From Octopus vulgaris (lineage: Eukaryota): a stretch of DNA of 64,000 nt. How positions within the stretch are numbered: the stretch's first letter is position 1; each line of letters opens with the position of its first letter. The stretch spans positions 148,552,001 to 148,616,000 of the forward strand of contig OX597816.1 of NCBI GenBank assembly GCA_951406725.2, in the 5' to 3' direction. Below, piece after piece: positions 41,850 through 55,469 of the stretch. A program made the translations under genes and the position numbers. The notes under the pieces are model-generated. The model saw only the letters and a program-made list of their open reading frames with translations. It was not told the DNA's origin and searched no databases.

Positions 41850-42938
41850 AAAGGGCTTAGTAAAATAAATTACTTTGCCGCATAATGAACTCATTAGAAA
41901 TAGCAGCTAAAAAACTTTTTTAAAACTATTTCTAATACTTAAAGAAAACCTCTCTCATATAGTGTTTGCTCAATTTAACTCACGAAAGTATATATATATA
42001 TATATATTATACTCGACACTTCTATCATCAGCTCAGAATTATATGAAAACACTGAAAGTGGGAGCATACCCTTTCGGCTTCTTATCGCTTCTGAAGATCT
42101 GCTCGAAACTAACAGTGCCAGCAAACTCAAAAATGCAAGCGAAGAATTTCTGCTCTCCCCTTTCCACCAGCATGGGTTAAAATCAGTAAACACTATGCTT
42201 ATTTCGGTAAAATCCGAAGCATTAATTAGAGAGATTAATTATAATTTCAACAATTGAGGGTAAAATTAATTAATTATTAATCAATTTCACCAAGTGTTCA
42301 GTATGCAAAGGGACCATTTAAGGCGAATTCAAATTATTACATTATATAAAAGGGCTTAGTAAAATAAATTACTTTGCCGCATACTGAACTCATTAGAAAT
42401 AGCAGCTAAAAAACTTTTTTAAAAGTGTTTTTTCAGTGTTTTCAAATCCAAACCAAATAAAGGGGAGAGCAGAAATTCTTCGCTTGCATTTTTGAGTTTG
42501 CTGGCACTGTTAGTTTCGAGCAGATCTTCAGAAGCGATAAGAAGCCGAAAGGGTATGCTCCCACTTTCAGTGTTTTCAAATCCAAACCAAGGAATTCTGA
42601 GCTGATGATAGAAGTGTCGAGTTTTTGACTAATCTTGAAACGTACGTTCTCAAATAACCTTTGCATTTGATTTTTTGATGTCTTTACCCCCATACTTTCG
42701 TGAGTTAAATTGAGCAAACACTATATGAGAGAGGTTTTCTTTAAGTATTAGAAATAGTTTTAAAAAAGTTTTTTAGCTGCTATTTCTAATGAGTTCAGTA
42801 TGCGGCAAAGTAATTTATTTTACTAAGCCCTTTTATATAATGTAATAATTTGAATTCGCCTTAAATGGTCCCTTTGCATACTGAACACTTGGTGAAATTG
42901 ATTAATAATTAATTAATTTTACCCTCAATTGTTGAAAT
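41842..42938. mobile_element. Young fold-back, circularly permuted hammerhead element in (TA)n
   Basis: 41842-41989, 42010-42040, 42044-42163 and 42244-42424 are near-perfect reverse complements of 42692-42840, 42593-42622, 42458-42578 and 42759-42938. Confidence 0.9.
42596..42654 (+). ncRNA. Type-I minimal hammerhead ribozyme motif
   Basis: tgag-CTGATGA(42602)-T-AGA..GTCGAG..TTTGAC..TCT-T-GAAAC(42637)-GTAC-GTT-ctca. Stem I tgag/ctca; palindromic stem III AACGTACGTT. Confidence 0.75.
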
Positions 42939-45900
42939 ATATATATATATATATATAGCGAGACCGAATGGAAGACAAGACAAAAATAAATGCATACACC
43001 CTGCTATGCATTTAACATCAAAATTTATATATCAAATATGTATATTGAAAACAAGTCTGTAACTTTACATATATTCACACTCGCATACAGACGCTTCAAC
43101 ACACACACATGCACACTCATACGCACGCGCACAAATACGTATAATTATATACGTGTGTGTAGCTATTAACATAGGTAACATTAGAAATCCACGATTTATA
43201 TATGTTATATATGTGTGTGTATGTGATCACGTGTGAGTGTGGCTGTTATAACCACCATATTTTCAATATGATTGTTTTGTATCTGAAAACGCCACCAAGA
43301 TTTAGCCAGAAGGCACCGTTATATTTAAATTACTTCTCTAAATATGTTACCTTTGTAGCGTGCCCAACATATTGTACACCTCGGAAAATAATATTTACCT
43401 CTGGAAACCAATAAATTTTCGCTAAATAATTAAAAAAAAAACTCTTTTCCTAATAAAGAAAAAATAAAGGAATAAATCAACTATGTACCCTCTAAACACA
43501 AAATTAAGCAAATTTTTAAAATCAATTTCGATATAAATTTATTAAAAGCAATTTATTTAATAAATATATTTTTAAATATTTTAAAATCCAAATACTTATC
43601 GGGGATTTTTTTTTAATTAAATACAAACTATAAAAATAGCCTCATGCCAATCGAAAGATTACATTTGATAGACATTCGTTGTAGGCTAAGGTGATTGTTT
43701 CGACTAGAGAGTCGATGGTTCAAATTTTGTCACCACTGTTTTGCACTTACGTCTCGCTGCTCCTGACTACATACAACTCACTTTGTGAAGCAGCAAGAGT
43801 TCGATGTGAATGACTAATGTTCTGTTAGCTTGCACTGGTAATAAAAACTCGATCCACAGAAATTTTTCCAAAGAATCCCTGTAGAGAACCTATTACTTAC
43901 ATCACTGACTCGATGAAGATCTGTGTTTTTAAGAAACTATTTAAAGTATTTTGTTATCAATGCTAATGCATCTTTTGACTAGTAAGGAAAAGATACTTCT
44001 AATATTCCAGCTTTCTTGAAAGAAAGTGACATAGCTACAACAGAGATTCGAACTAGAGTCAGTGATTAGATACGTCGAATATTTTTCGTACACACTAAGG
44101 CGTGTCATGTCTCTATACTTAAGTTTTTATAACATATAGGATCCTTTGTTTTTTGTTTCTGTTTTTAGTTATGGTCTTTTTTCTACTAAGCAATTTCTTT
44201 TTATTTTATGATGCAATGCATTGCTATAAAACTGATCTCTGTTATTGACATTACAGTATTAGATGTTCATTTCTGGAATCTACATTCGATAGAATTAAAT
44301 ATAAAAAAAAAATTGCAATAATCAAGAATGTTTGAATAATGTATATACTTTACTTCCTTCTATATATTAGCCATTAATTTAACTACATCTTGGCAGATAT
44401 ATTATTAGTGATGTCCGTCCAACAATCCACTAAAGGGTAGGTTCACATTTCTAAACAAACCTATCAGGGCAACACAACGCGAAAGCTATCAAATTTCCAC
44501 TTTCTTTCAATTGTTTGACATAATTGCATTCATGTACTCACTCCTTATACGAATTTGATCGAAATGGGATGGTTTTCATCTGCCTATGCTGAAATATACG
44601 CAGTAAATTTAGTTAGTTTCAATATGGAAGAATTTTAATTGCCATATATGATTGGCATTAGTTATTGCGTGTCGATGTCATAGATATTGCAAGCTGGCAG
44701 ATGGGTAACTTTTTCTTCCTATTGGATTTCTATGATTCAGCAAGCAAATATATTTTATCATATATCATTAAAAGCTAGAACAACGACTGAATCTCGTAAT
44801 CGACAGCATCGACAACAGTAACTCCTCCAACAGCATCTTGAAAAACAACTTCAACAGCATAAATAATAAACATTTTTTTTAAAAAAAACACATTTTCAAG
44901 TTTAGTTTATTTTATATTTGTTTATATTGCCTTCGGGCATTATTCAACATGGAGAATATGTTTTTGTATTCATTTACTGCTATTTCACAATAAAGTAAAA
45001 TAAACTATATCTGCGCCGACTATGATTGGTTGGTTAGTTTAATACACACTTCTTATTGTGTGGTATAAAATTGATTTTTGCAGAAAGAAAACTTTTTTGT
45101 ATATAACATATTTGCAGAATTATACACTAAAATATGCGCTTATTCAAAATGACAACGAAAAAGAGGGCTTGTGGCACATTAAAAATATTAGTTCCAGATG
45201 AAGTGTCTCTTATTTCTGTTTCTTTTACACCTGCAACTATTTTATTTCTACTATTTTTATCAAAACAGGATATCAATATATTTACTATTACTGTTCAAGC
45301 TACGTGATACAGCTACTGCCTTCCTTTTTAGTTCTGACGTGTCTTACTCGTAAAACCTCGTTGTAGTCACTTTGTATAATCCTTACAATCCAGAACCAGA
45401 GCCCTACTTTCTCTTTCTCTGCTCATGTTTTCCCTACAAGCACCAGTCTATGAATGTACAAACAAAACATCAACTGCATACAGTTCTGTATTGTAGAATA
45501 GGTTTCTAGTGTTGGGGACACTGCCCTTTCTTTTCAGATTGTGCTGGTATACATACTGCTATATGTATTCGTGTGTGTTGACGGTGGACGTCATTAATCT
45601 CCCCCATAAAATATCACCTTAATCCGTAGCAGAAAAAGATTAATATTTATGATGTATTTCTTTAATAAACTCATCCTTATACTTTCTCTTCCCCTCCTAA
45701 TAGTTGGTAGTAAAATTGTAAGTAGAACCGTGTTGTCTTCCTCACTACTATGCCCTCCAAAGGAGCACGTATTTATCAGAGTAAACTTACGAAACACCGT
45801 TATTACATGTTATTAGGTATTAGATATTACAAGCAACTACTTTAAGTATTAGAGGGAGCAAACGACCGTTAATTGAACAAGAGACAAGTATCAAAAACAT

Positions 45901-47648
45901 GGTACCGCACACAGTCACACTACATAGTATCTGGCATTCCCTAAACTCCAATTAGTTCCTTCGAATGTTCCTGTGCTTCACTGATAATTCTTTAGAAAAT
46001 TAGGCCACTCTTCAATGTATCTTGCTCTAGATACCAATGTATCTTGCTCTAGTTCGATGCTTCCAATGAATATGAACAAATTATAAAGTGCTAAAGTTTT
46101 TATGCAAACAGTATTATTAGATCTTTGCTCTTTATAATGCTGGTTACAGTGATATATTGATGTATGCAGGATCTCTGAATATATATGATCTAAGCAATCG
46201 AGAGTTAAATACCTTAGCTAATTATACCACGCATCATAATTGGGAACATACGAACTGTCGACCTTTGACTAACCGTTAAATTCTCAAATAATTCAACCAC
46301 CTTGGAATGCCTCACTAAATCACCTCGTTAGTTGAGTAGAACCTAATTATTCTACGAAGCAATCTTTAAGCGATACGTCTAAATGTATTGTTATTTCCGA
46401 ATAAATCAAAATTCTTAGATAGATCTTGCTTTTCTACGCTCACCTCTTTTATATTCTCAAACTCCTTGTCACCTTCAACATACTTTATTATTAGTTTCTT
46501 CAATCTTCTTTACTCTCACTTTTTCTCGTATTCTTTATTTTATTTTATTTTTTGTCCTCCTATATTTTCTCTTATATTTTTATAATTTTTATATATTTAA
46601 GAAAAATTTATTGTTTTTTTCTTAGTCACTTTTCTTCCTTAATTTCTTTTCTATCCTCTTATGCTAATTTTTCTCTTGAATCTATTTTTAATTGTCTTGT
46701 TTTTTTTTCTTTTTACTCTAATCATAATTTATTATTATTATTATTATTATTATTAATATTATTCATCTTCGTTTCTTTTTTCTCTTCCTTTTATTTTCTC
46801 TTTCTTTGTATCTTCGTAGTTTTCATCTTCAATTAATTTTTCTTATGAATCAATTCGTAGTTTTTTCCTCTTTATTTTTTTTTTACTTTTCTCATTGCTT
46901 CGTGTTTGAGCACGATAATACATCGTTTTCTTTCTGGTCTACTTTATCATCATCACCATCATCATTGTTTAAGATAATATATGTATATGTGTGTGTGTGC
47001 GTGTGTGCGTGTATGTATGTGTGTGCGTAGTGTGTGTGTAGTGTATGTGTACATATGTGTGTGCACGAGTGTGTGCGTTTGTGTACGTGTGTGAGTGTGT
47101 GCGTGTGCGTGTGTTTACACCGAATTATCTTCTTGACTGGATTATTGTGAGTATTTAGATTCTATTTCTGTCAAAATATTGGTATTTGTTCTGTTCATTT
47201 TGTTTTTCAGAAAAGTCTATCTTTAAAATGTTTAAGTCGTCGAGTATTGGACAGTCTTTTAAAAACAAAACAAAAGACAGGAAAAATAAAAATAAACAAT
47301 GAAAAATTACAATATTAGAGCAAAACGACTAATGTGTACAGAAACTAGGTATGGTGAAAGCAAATAAAGTGTTTTAAATTTATTTATTGGTTTGGTCTTG
47401 AGGAAAGAAACTCAGCCCAGGGTCTTCTTAATTCCTTAAAGATCGATGAGGTTTAATGATATTAATGGTCTTCTTTAACAATTAAAATGTTATGGGTGCG
47501 TGGGAAATACGCTACAAGTTTTGGAATTATTTACTTCTTACTTGTGTGTATTAATTTTCCTAGCATTTAGCCTGTTCTAGGACAGAAAATTCACTTGTAC
47601 AAACACAAACACACACACTCACTCACACACAAACACGCATACACACAT

Positions 47649-47723
<75 letters not shown>

Positions 47724-49354
47724 CATATATACATACATATACACATGAACTTGTGAGCTGATCCATGTTTCTGCATAAATGGTTTTCTTGGTTAGAGTTG
47801 CAGTGCCTGTTTAAACCAACCTCCTACTAGGTGGACAAGCTTAAAAACAAATAGTAAAAACAGAGTGGAACTTTTGTTCTGGTCATCATTTTCAATGTTA
47901 CGTAGTTTATGAATCACACAGGCATGTTACTTTTTTCAGTGAATATAATTCACCTATGATGGCTCAAGGCGGATTAAACAACTCGTTGTATCAATCTTAA
48001 TTGAATTTATGTTAAATGGCCAACTGACTTTCATAACTGTCCAGAGCACCTGTTATATTCAAGCATGTCACTAGACAAGACGTTAAGAGAAGCCTAGGCG
48101 TTAATGTCAAATTTCTCCATTCTTCTCCCTCTCTCTAGTACAGTTAACCTTTTAACGCTTAATGTCACCGGAAATATATTCCACTCATCTGCAAGAGTTG
48201 CTTTCATAAAACTCTTAAGAATAAAAGAATATCCTTAATAAATCTAGGAACTTGAAATACCCATATCTGAGAAATGAAGAAAAACTCATAAAACTCATGA
48301 AGAATATATATATATATATATATATAATATGTCTATTGATAGTGGAAACCTGTTAATTAATATTTTAATGAATTTATAAAAATTCAGAATCGTTAGACCT
48401 TGAATGTTTAGTTACTGTTTATAAGATTGTAATGTTTCGGACTATTAAACTGAAACTAAGATTTATTTTTAATATATGCATCTACAGTGCACACGTCGAT
48501 ACAAATATAGTAATGCAGCAATGCTACTCATGCACGAACATATAGGTTTACATTTTTAAGATATTTAAATTTTTTATTCGGTAAAGTTGGTTGTGTTAAG
48601 TTGATGTCAGCGCTCGCTTATTGGCTGAGTTTTCACCAAGCGTGTGTTGTATGTATTGCTTAGTTTTTTGTTAGCTTCCACCTTACTGTTCTATCAATTA
48701 TAGAAGTTGGATTTCATAGCAGTACATGATTTCTTTTTGCAAACTATACAGTCAGCCATTCCTCACTTATATATTTTTCTTCTTTCTCCTATTCTTACCA
48801 TTCACAAATGCATGGGATGTGATACAAACAGTCTTTATGATGTTGTATATGTAACTTACTCTCTAAATTTTATCAGATAATCCCTTACAATAAGCTAGAG
48901 TCGCTGTGGAATTTGGTTTAACTTCTGATTTTTATGAGAGAATACTTGTAAGTTTTATTTGATATGCTGTGTATTTGTTATTCAAATAGGAAAATTTCAG
49001 GTAGTTCATTTCTTCTGTGTAAACTTATAATGCGTTTGCATGGGCTGTATTGTCAGATGTTGTAGATATTAGAGAATCCCTTTCTTAGCACTGCATAGCT
49101 AAAATAGAATTCAGCACATCTTATAAAAACAATTGCTTATTATTTTCCTTTTACGTAGTAAACTGTATTGATGTTAATAGTAAGTTCCTGCTGTCTACAG
49201 GGATTCAAATCTCTTCAAAACCGATCACTTAGCCAAGCAGCATATTTCAGTCTCATACATCTTAGATCCAAATCTTGTAAGTATACCACGTAGATATTTG
49301 TGTTTGTTGTTTACAAAGTGTATCATCGATTTAGATATTACCCTTCCTTAAATA

Positions 49355-50545
49355 CAATAGTAATATGTCTATGTTGCCAGCGGTGTGAATCAAGACTGTG
49401 TCCTCGGGCCGACCCTTTTCACCATCATCCTTGGTATAATGCTCTAGCAGACCACTAACGACACTGATAATAAAAATGACATCTACATACGGTATTGTTT
49501 AGACGCCAGCCTCTTTAACCTGAGGCGCCTACAAGCTCACACCAAAACACAAAAACAACCCATCCATGGGTTACTTTTTGCAAACGATGCAGCTCTGCAA
49601 CGCATCACCACTTGCTTTGCAGAAGCTGCCCGATTCTTTGGTCCAGAAGTCAGTTTAAAGAAAACAGATGTTATCCATCAACCTGCACTACAGCATGAAT
49701 ACCACTCCCTTACATCACCATCGCGGAGACTAAACGAAGACAAGCCAATTCACCTAACTAGGATGTACCAATACGTCAGATGCCAATATTGATAAGGAAA
49801 TTGATAACAGACTGGCCAAGGCAAACAGTACATTCGGCAGACTGTACAACGGAGTCTGGAACAATAACCATCCGAGGGAAGAGACAAAGATCACCGAACA
49901 CAGAGCTGTCGTTCTGACCACCCTCTTGTGCACTCAGAGTCATTCGGCATCTATCGGCACCGGCTACGACTTGAGCAATTCCATCAGAACTGCTTTCACA
50001 TCCTCCTCAGTATCCTCTGGAGTGACTTTATCAAGGTGCTAGAGCAGGTGAAGTTAATCAGCATCGAAATAAGTCATCTGAAGATACAGCTATGCTGGGC
50101 AAAACACGTTACCAGAATGGCGGATCATCTACTTCTCATGATCACACTGTATGACGAACTCTCCTCTAATCAAAGTGGTGGAGGAGTACCCGAAAAGTAC
50201 AAGGAGTCTCTAAAAGAACTCTCTAAAGAACTGTCTTGATGCCTGTCACATTGTTTACCACCTATGGTGTGTTATTGCTGCTGACCGTGAAGCCTGACGT
50301 CTCTCTGTCCGCCGGGCAACAGTCTTTGAAGATATCCACCGGACTATCCTTGCAGACAAGAGAAAAAAGAGGAATAAAGGGGACATTACAACCAGCCCTG
50401 GTCAGCCTACCTTCCCATGCAGCCTCTGCGGTCATGCCTATTTGTCCTAAATTCAACTCGTTGGACATCAGCAAGTTGCAACAAAAGTGGACATCCAGCC
50501 CTCCGTAAATCTTCGCTCGCGAAGCGAAACCAACAGAGAGAGGGA
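49355..50545 (+). mobile_element. RTE/BovB-type LINE 3' half, decayed
   Basis: GVNQDCVLGPTLF, LFNLRRLQAHTKT, LLFANDAAL, EVSLKKT, DKEIDNRLAKANSTFGRL, LEQFHQNC, QLCWAKHVTRMAD. Confidence 0.9.
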
Positions 50546-51739
50546 GATTTATGCATGTATGTATGTACTACAAATTTTAGTTTAACAGCTGGGTTTTAAT
50601 ATGGAAATTAAAGATATTGTGTTAACATGATCTTTTTCCCAAGCTCTTAAGGACGCTTCTCCCTATATATAAGATATCATCAACTAGGTAGTTGGTTTCT
50701 CGTTAGGCTTGACTAAAACTTAACAGTAAAACTCCATCTGCCTGTAATACAACAGGTGAAGAAGTTTAAAATAAGAAAAGATTTCTGTAATCCGCTGGTA
50801 CAGGTTTCGGTGGGCATGATGCTCAGCCAGTTGTGCTGTCTGGGAGAAAATGAAGTGTGAAAGAAATAGTTGTGTTAGTAGAGAGCATTCTGGAAATTAA
50901 ATAATAAATGCAGCGCAGAACATACCAGTGGAATCGATTTGGACACAGAACAAATGAACACTTAGCAAGAGTAACAAATGCAGGCGAGATATTGTATAGA
51001 AGAAAAATTCGTCTTAATAAAGTGGAGGAGCGCCTACCAAAGGGAGTTAATAGACATGGCAACATGGGGCACAGCAGAACTACTGAAATTATTAAGAAAC
51101 ATGTTATGTTATATTAGTGGACGCCTTGTAGTCCCAAACATCTCTCATGGCCCTATATTTACTTCAGCTTCATTTTTTTAATAAATTATTTTCTACTGTT
51201 ATCGTATCTTGTTTATCTTATTCATCTTATGCACTTCTGTCTTCAGGACTTGAGATGCTGAATATAGTATTGAAAATACATTTTTATTGCAAGTGAGAGC
51301 CCGCTGTTGTTTATTTACATCAACCATAAACATATCCGTATATTCAACAAGCCTCTGTATTTATTGTGTTAGTGAGTATGTGTATACATGAATTCCTACT
51401 GGGTTTCGTAAAGGTTTGTGTTTTTAAATCTAATTTCACATATTATTATATCTATATGTGCCTATACGTATATTCCTATATATAACCATGAACAAACTGT
51501 CACATTATTTGAAGTTTTCTACAGTTTCTTTTGCAATTCAGACAGCACTCCTCTTTTCCACCTGATTCAACTTGAAATTGTCTTGAACGAATTGATTGAC
51601 ACAGCTAATGTAAAATGTATTATAAAATGTTTACGCAGATAATGGAGCTACAGTTTTCTGGCAAGTGATTGTTTTCATTCTTAGTTATACCGTTTGTGTA
51701 TGTTATGTACAAGTGTACCAATATACAACTTATGGGTTA

Positions 51740-52700
51740 CGGTAAACTAATAGTTAATCCTGGTTCGTTGTAAATTAATTTGTTTAGATTGGTTTCAGTT
51801 GTTTTGCTATGTAAACATTCAGGGAAGATTCTACATTGTTTATTTAATATTTGTTGGTTAATTTATATATTTGCTTCAAGATCAGTTTTGATGTAGACGT
51901 GGTTGTCCAGATGTTTTTTGGAATAGTGTATCTCGGAATATATGAAGCAAGTTTGTCCTGCATTTTATAAAGGTTTTTAAGTGGAATTTAAGGAAAATTT
52001 GGTTGCTACTTTTAAAGAACGTGTAAAGATTCTCGTTAACTTGTACCTAATAAAGTTTTGCGCATGTGTGAAGGGAACTCTTCAAAGGAATATAATATCT
52101 GGTCTTCTGGGTAATTGTTATGAAGTGTTTAACTTACATGTGGGTGTTAGAATTCGAATGCTGCTTGTGAAGACACGTATCAAGACATCATATGGAGCCT
52201 CTTTAATCTAATAACGGTACCTGAGGACATTAAGCAGCTTCTTAACACTTAGCTTCGGAACGTTTATAGATTCTCCATCAACTCCCTCTAACTCAGCAAG
52301 TCATTCGAAAGTGCGAACAACATAACATAAATTTCATCAAAAGGCGCTCCATTTGTGTATTTAACCGGACATAAATGCAAAGCTCTCACACAATGAGGAA
52401 ATTACGTAAGATGCCATAGTGTGTATGAATTAATTAATTCTGCATAAGAATATATTTCAAGCGTTATTGTAAAGCAATTTTAGTGTTTCACTCCTATAGA
52501 GAACACGCAGATCTAACAAGCGAAGATTCTCATTAAGCTTCGTTGCAATTAGAATCACCAGGCCCTTTCAGTCAAACTGTTTATATATCAATCAATATCC
52601 AGAATAAATCATCCGGGAATTAAAATTGTCAATTAGTGCACAAGTAAATTATGTAACACACCACGGAACATGCGAGTTAATTCCATAAAAGATTATATTC
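51740..52700 (-). mobile_element. Possible very old Penelope-like remnant
   Basis: Weak minus-strand fragments (PRRPDIIF..., C..YI.., ...PGL) in Penelope linker/GIY-YIG order; heavily degraded. Confidence 0.3.
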
Positions 52701-53301
52701 AGAACCTTAATCTAAAGTAATTTGTGAATTACAAGCCCTAAATAGAACAAGGGGCCTGTTCATTAATAAGTAGAAATATTGTTTTGATTTTGTTTGTACG
52801 CGTTTCTCCTTTGTTTTTCATTGGTGTTTTATTGGAAGAGTAATATAGTTTCATAAGTATCATTATATTGCTATTTCAACATCCTTTGTATGAAATGCAT
52901 CTTAACCCTGATGCGGTTATCATTTAAATATACGCTATGTAAATATCAAACCAGAAGTTTAGGAAAACATTCTAGAGGCAACTAAACATTTGCTTTGCAA
53001 CTATCTCCTGCCTTAACTATCCCCCTCTCTCTATCTCTCCCTCTCTCCCTCATAACTGGACGCACACAGCTCTAACATGTCTTGATTTGTCTAAACAATC
53101 TGTTTACTCTGCGTTTTCTGTAACAAATTAAGAATTCATAGAGGCTCTGGGTGATGCTTAAATGAATTTAAATATATGGAAATAATAAATCTCTAATAGT
53201 ACACAGTAATGCAAAGAATATATTCGCTATTCCTGTTTCATTACCTGCATGAGTTTTCTTCTTGAATAAAAACAGATTCACGTGAATCCAAACTATATAT
53301 A

Positions 53302-54728
53302 TTAGGTTGGCAACTAAGCTCCTGCGGGTTTTTTTTCAATTTAAACTTTTAAAAAAGGTTTAATAAACAATAACAGTTAATTAATCAATAATGTATTCAC
53401 CCTTGTTGTTTATAAATTCTTCCCAACGTTCAACAAGATTTTCAATACTTCGTTGGTAAAAGTCACCCGATTTCGACTCGAAAAATTAATCCAACCAAGC
53501 TCTCAATTCTGCATCAGTATTGAACGAAACTTCGCGCATAGCATTTGAAAGCGATCGAAAGAGGTGGAAATCCATTGGTGCCAAATCAGAATACAGCGGG
53601 TATGGAAGCACTTCCCAGACATGCGTTTGAATGGCTTCCTTGGTCATATTGGCGATATGAGGGCGGCCGTTGTCGTGCAGCAGAAGAACTCCATGTGTAA
53701 CTGTATTTCGTCTGTCGTTACGTTCTGAGTTCAAATTCCGTCGAGGTCGACTTTGCCTTTCATCCTTTCGGGGTCGATAAATTAAGTACCAGTTACGCAC
53801 TGGAGTCGATATAATCGACTTAATCCGTTTGTCTTTCCTTGTTTGTCCCCTCTATGTTTAGCCCCTTTTGGGCAATAAAGAAATAGGAAGAACTCCATGC
53901 TGCCCATTAGGTCTTTTCTCTTGAATAGCCGTGTTGAGACAATTCGTAATGGATAATCCCTTCCCAATCCCACAACATCATTTTACGTGGATGAAAATCT
54001 TGTTTCACACGCAATGTCGCTTGTTTACCAGGGCTAAGCCATTCCTTACGCTGCTTCATATTAATGCACAGGCACCATTTTTCGTCGCCAGTAACGATTC
54101 GGTAAAGAAATCGTTGCTTGTGTCCATGAGTTGAGTGGTGAGGAGCAAGCAAACCAGCGGAGATTGTGGCTCGTTGATTTTTGTTGTTGTCACTTAAAGC
54201 ATGTGGATCCCATGCTTCATACTTCTGAACCTTTCCCATCGAGTGAAGATGCTTCTCTATAGCAATATGGGAGCATTCCATTTTCTCTGCCAGTTCTCTT
54301 GTCGTTTGACGAGAATTTTCCTGCAAAAGTTGGTTTAATCGTTCTTCATCGAACTCAACTGGGCGGCCAAAATTTGAGGTCAAAATTTCCATTTTTTAAC
54401 TTGGCACACCAATCATGAGCGGTTCTTTCAGCTATGGCACCCTCTCCATACACAGCACAAATGTCGCGAGCAGCTTTTGCGGCCTTAGGACCTTGATTAA
54501 AAGCAAAAAGAAAGAGGTATCGAAAATGCTCGTTTTTCTTAACTTGACATTCCATTTTAATGATCTGAAAATAAACAAGATTTAACTAAAATTAACTAGA
54601 AAAAAAAAAACAAAATAGATTCCAAAACGATTCAAAAATAGAATTCTCGAAAAAGATAGATTCCAAAATTTAAAAACGCAATAAATTCCAAAATTTAAAA
54701 TAAAGCAGGAATTTAGTTGCCAACCCAA
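53302..54728 (-). mobile_element. Full-length mariner (DD34D) transposon, pseudogenised, with nested SINE
   Basis: TIRs ttaggttggcaactaagctcctgc / gcaggaatttagttgccaacccaa with TA on both sides. Motifs MECQVKKNEHFR, WDPHAL, IVTGDEKW, LLHDNGRPH, YSDLAPMDFHLF and NKGEYIID*. Confidence 0.95.
53696..53886 (+). mobile_element. 5'-truncated SINE family A (Tx1-like tail) inside the mariner
   Basis: Aligns with 24110-24300. 13-bp TSD gaagaactccatg at 53683-53695 and 53887-53899. Confidence 0.92.
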
Positions 54729-54748
54729 TATATATATGCGCTTGTGCG

Positions 54749-54779
<31 letters not shown>

Positions 54780-54888
54780 ATTAATGTATATTTTTATGTC
54801 AAGTTATAATAAAAGCAATTTCAAACTGAAGAATTACTCAATACTTTTTGTAGAGCACATATTTATTATTCTTTAACAAGAATACTAT

Positions 54889-54965
54889 AGACTGAAGCTT
54901 CAGAGTTTCGGCCTGCTTAGCCTTCATCAGAGTGTGCAATGAAGGCTAAGCGGGCCAAAACTCTG
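54889..54965. repeat. Mini fold-back (27-bp arms 54901-54927 and 54939-54965) made of hammerhead core sequence
   Basis: Minus strand: CTGATGA-A-GGC-taagcag-GCC-GAAAC-tctgaagcttca-GTC. The plus arm is a degenerate mirror (atgaaggctaagcgggccaaaactctg) running into (TG)n. Confidence 0.7.
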
Positions 54966-55469
54966 TGTGTGTGTGTGTGTGTGTTTGTGTGCGCGCGCGT
55001 GTGTGCATGTGCATGTATGTGTGTGTGCGTGCGTGTGCGTGCGTGTGCGTGTGTGTGTACGAAACTTAGGCTAGCTAAATAGCTAAAATATGTTTGTTAT
55101 ATATTTCAATTGCTAAAAGGCAAATACCGTGAAGAAAAAGTTATCTCTTACGGTAAAAGGTTTGAAAGCACCATATCTACTCAGTGCTTCCCACTTTTCG
55201 ATACCCAGACGCAGCGTTTCTGACTCTTTAGCCTTCCTCAATGAGAAATACCGAAGAGGAGTAACTCTAGACAGATTTAAAACCGTAGCTTTAACTAAAA
55301 AAAAAAAATCAGCAATATTGACGGAGTTGTGTAATTGGACCGCCCGGTCAAGAGAAAATCAGCATTCATAGCGCCAAGCAGTGTTTAGGTATAAGCTAGC
55401 TTTAGGCTAGTTAAAATATTTCACAAACAAATTTACCTATAGAAGTCGCGCATAAGGGGATCCTGTACA

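Noticed and set aside
42088-42120. CTGAAGA-tctgctc-GAAAC, antisense to the 42602 hammerhead (possible ambisense ribozyme)
   Set aside because: No stem II can form, and there is no NUH triplet or stem I in the right place.
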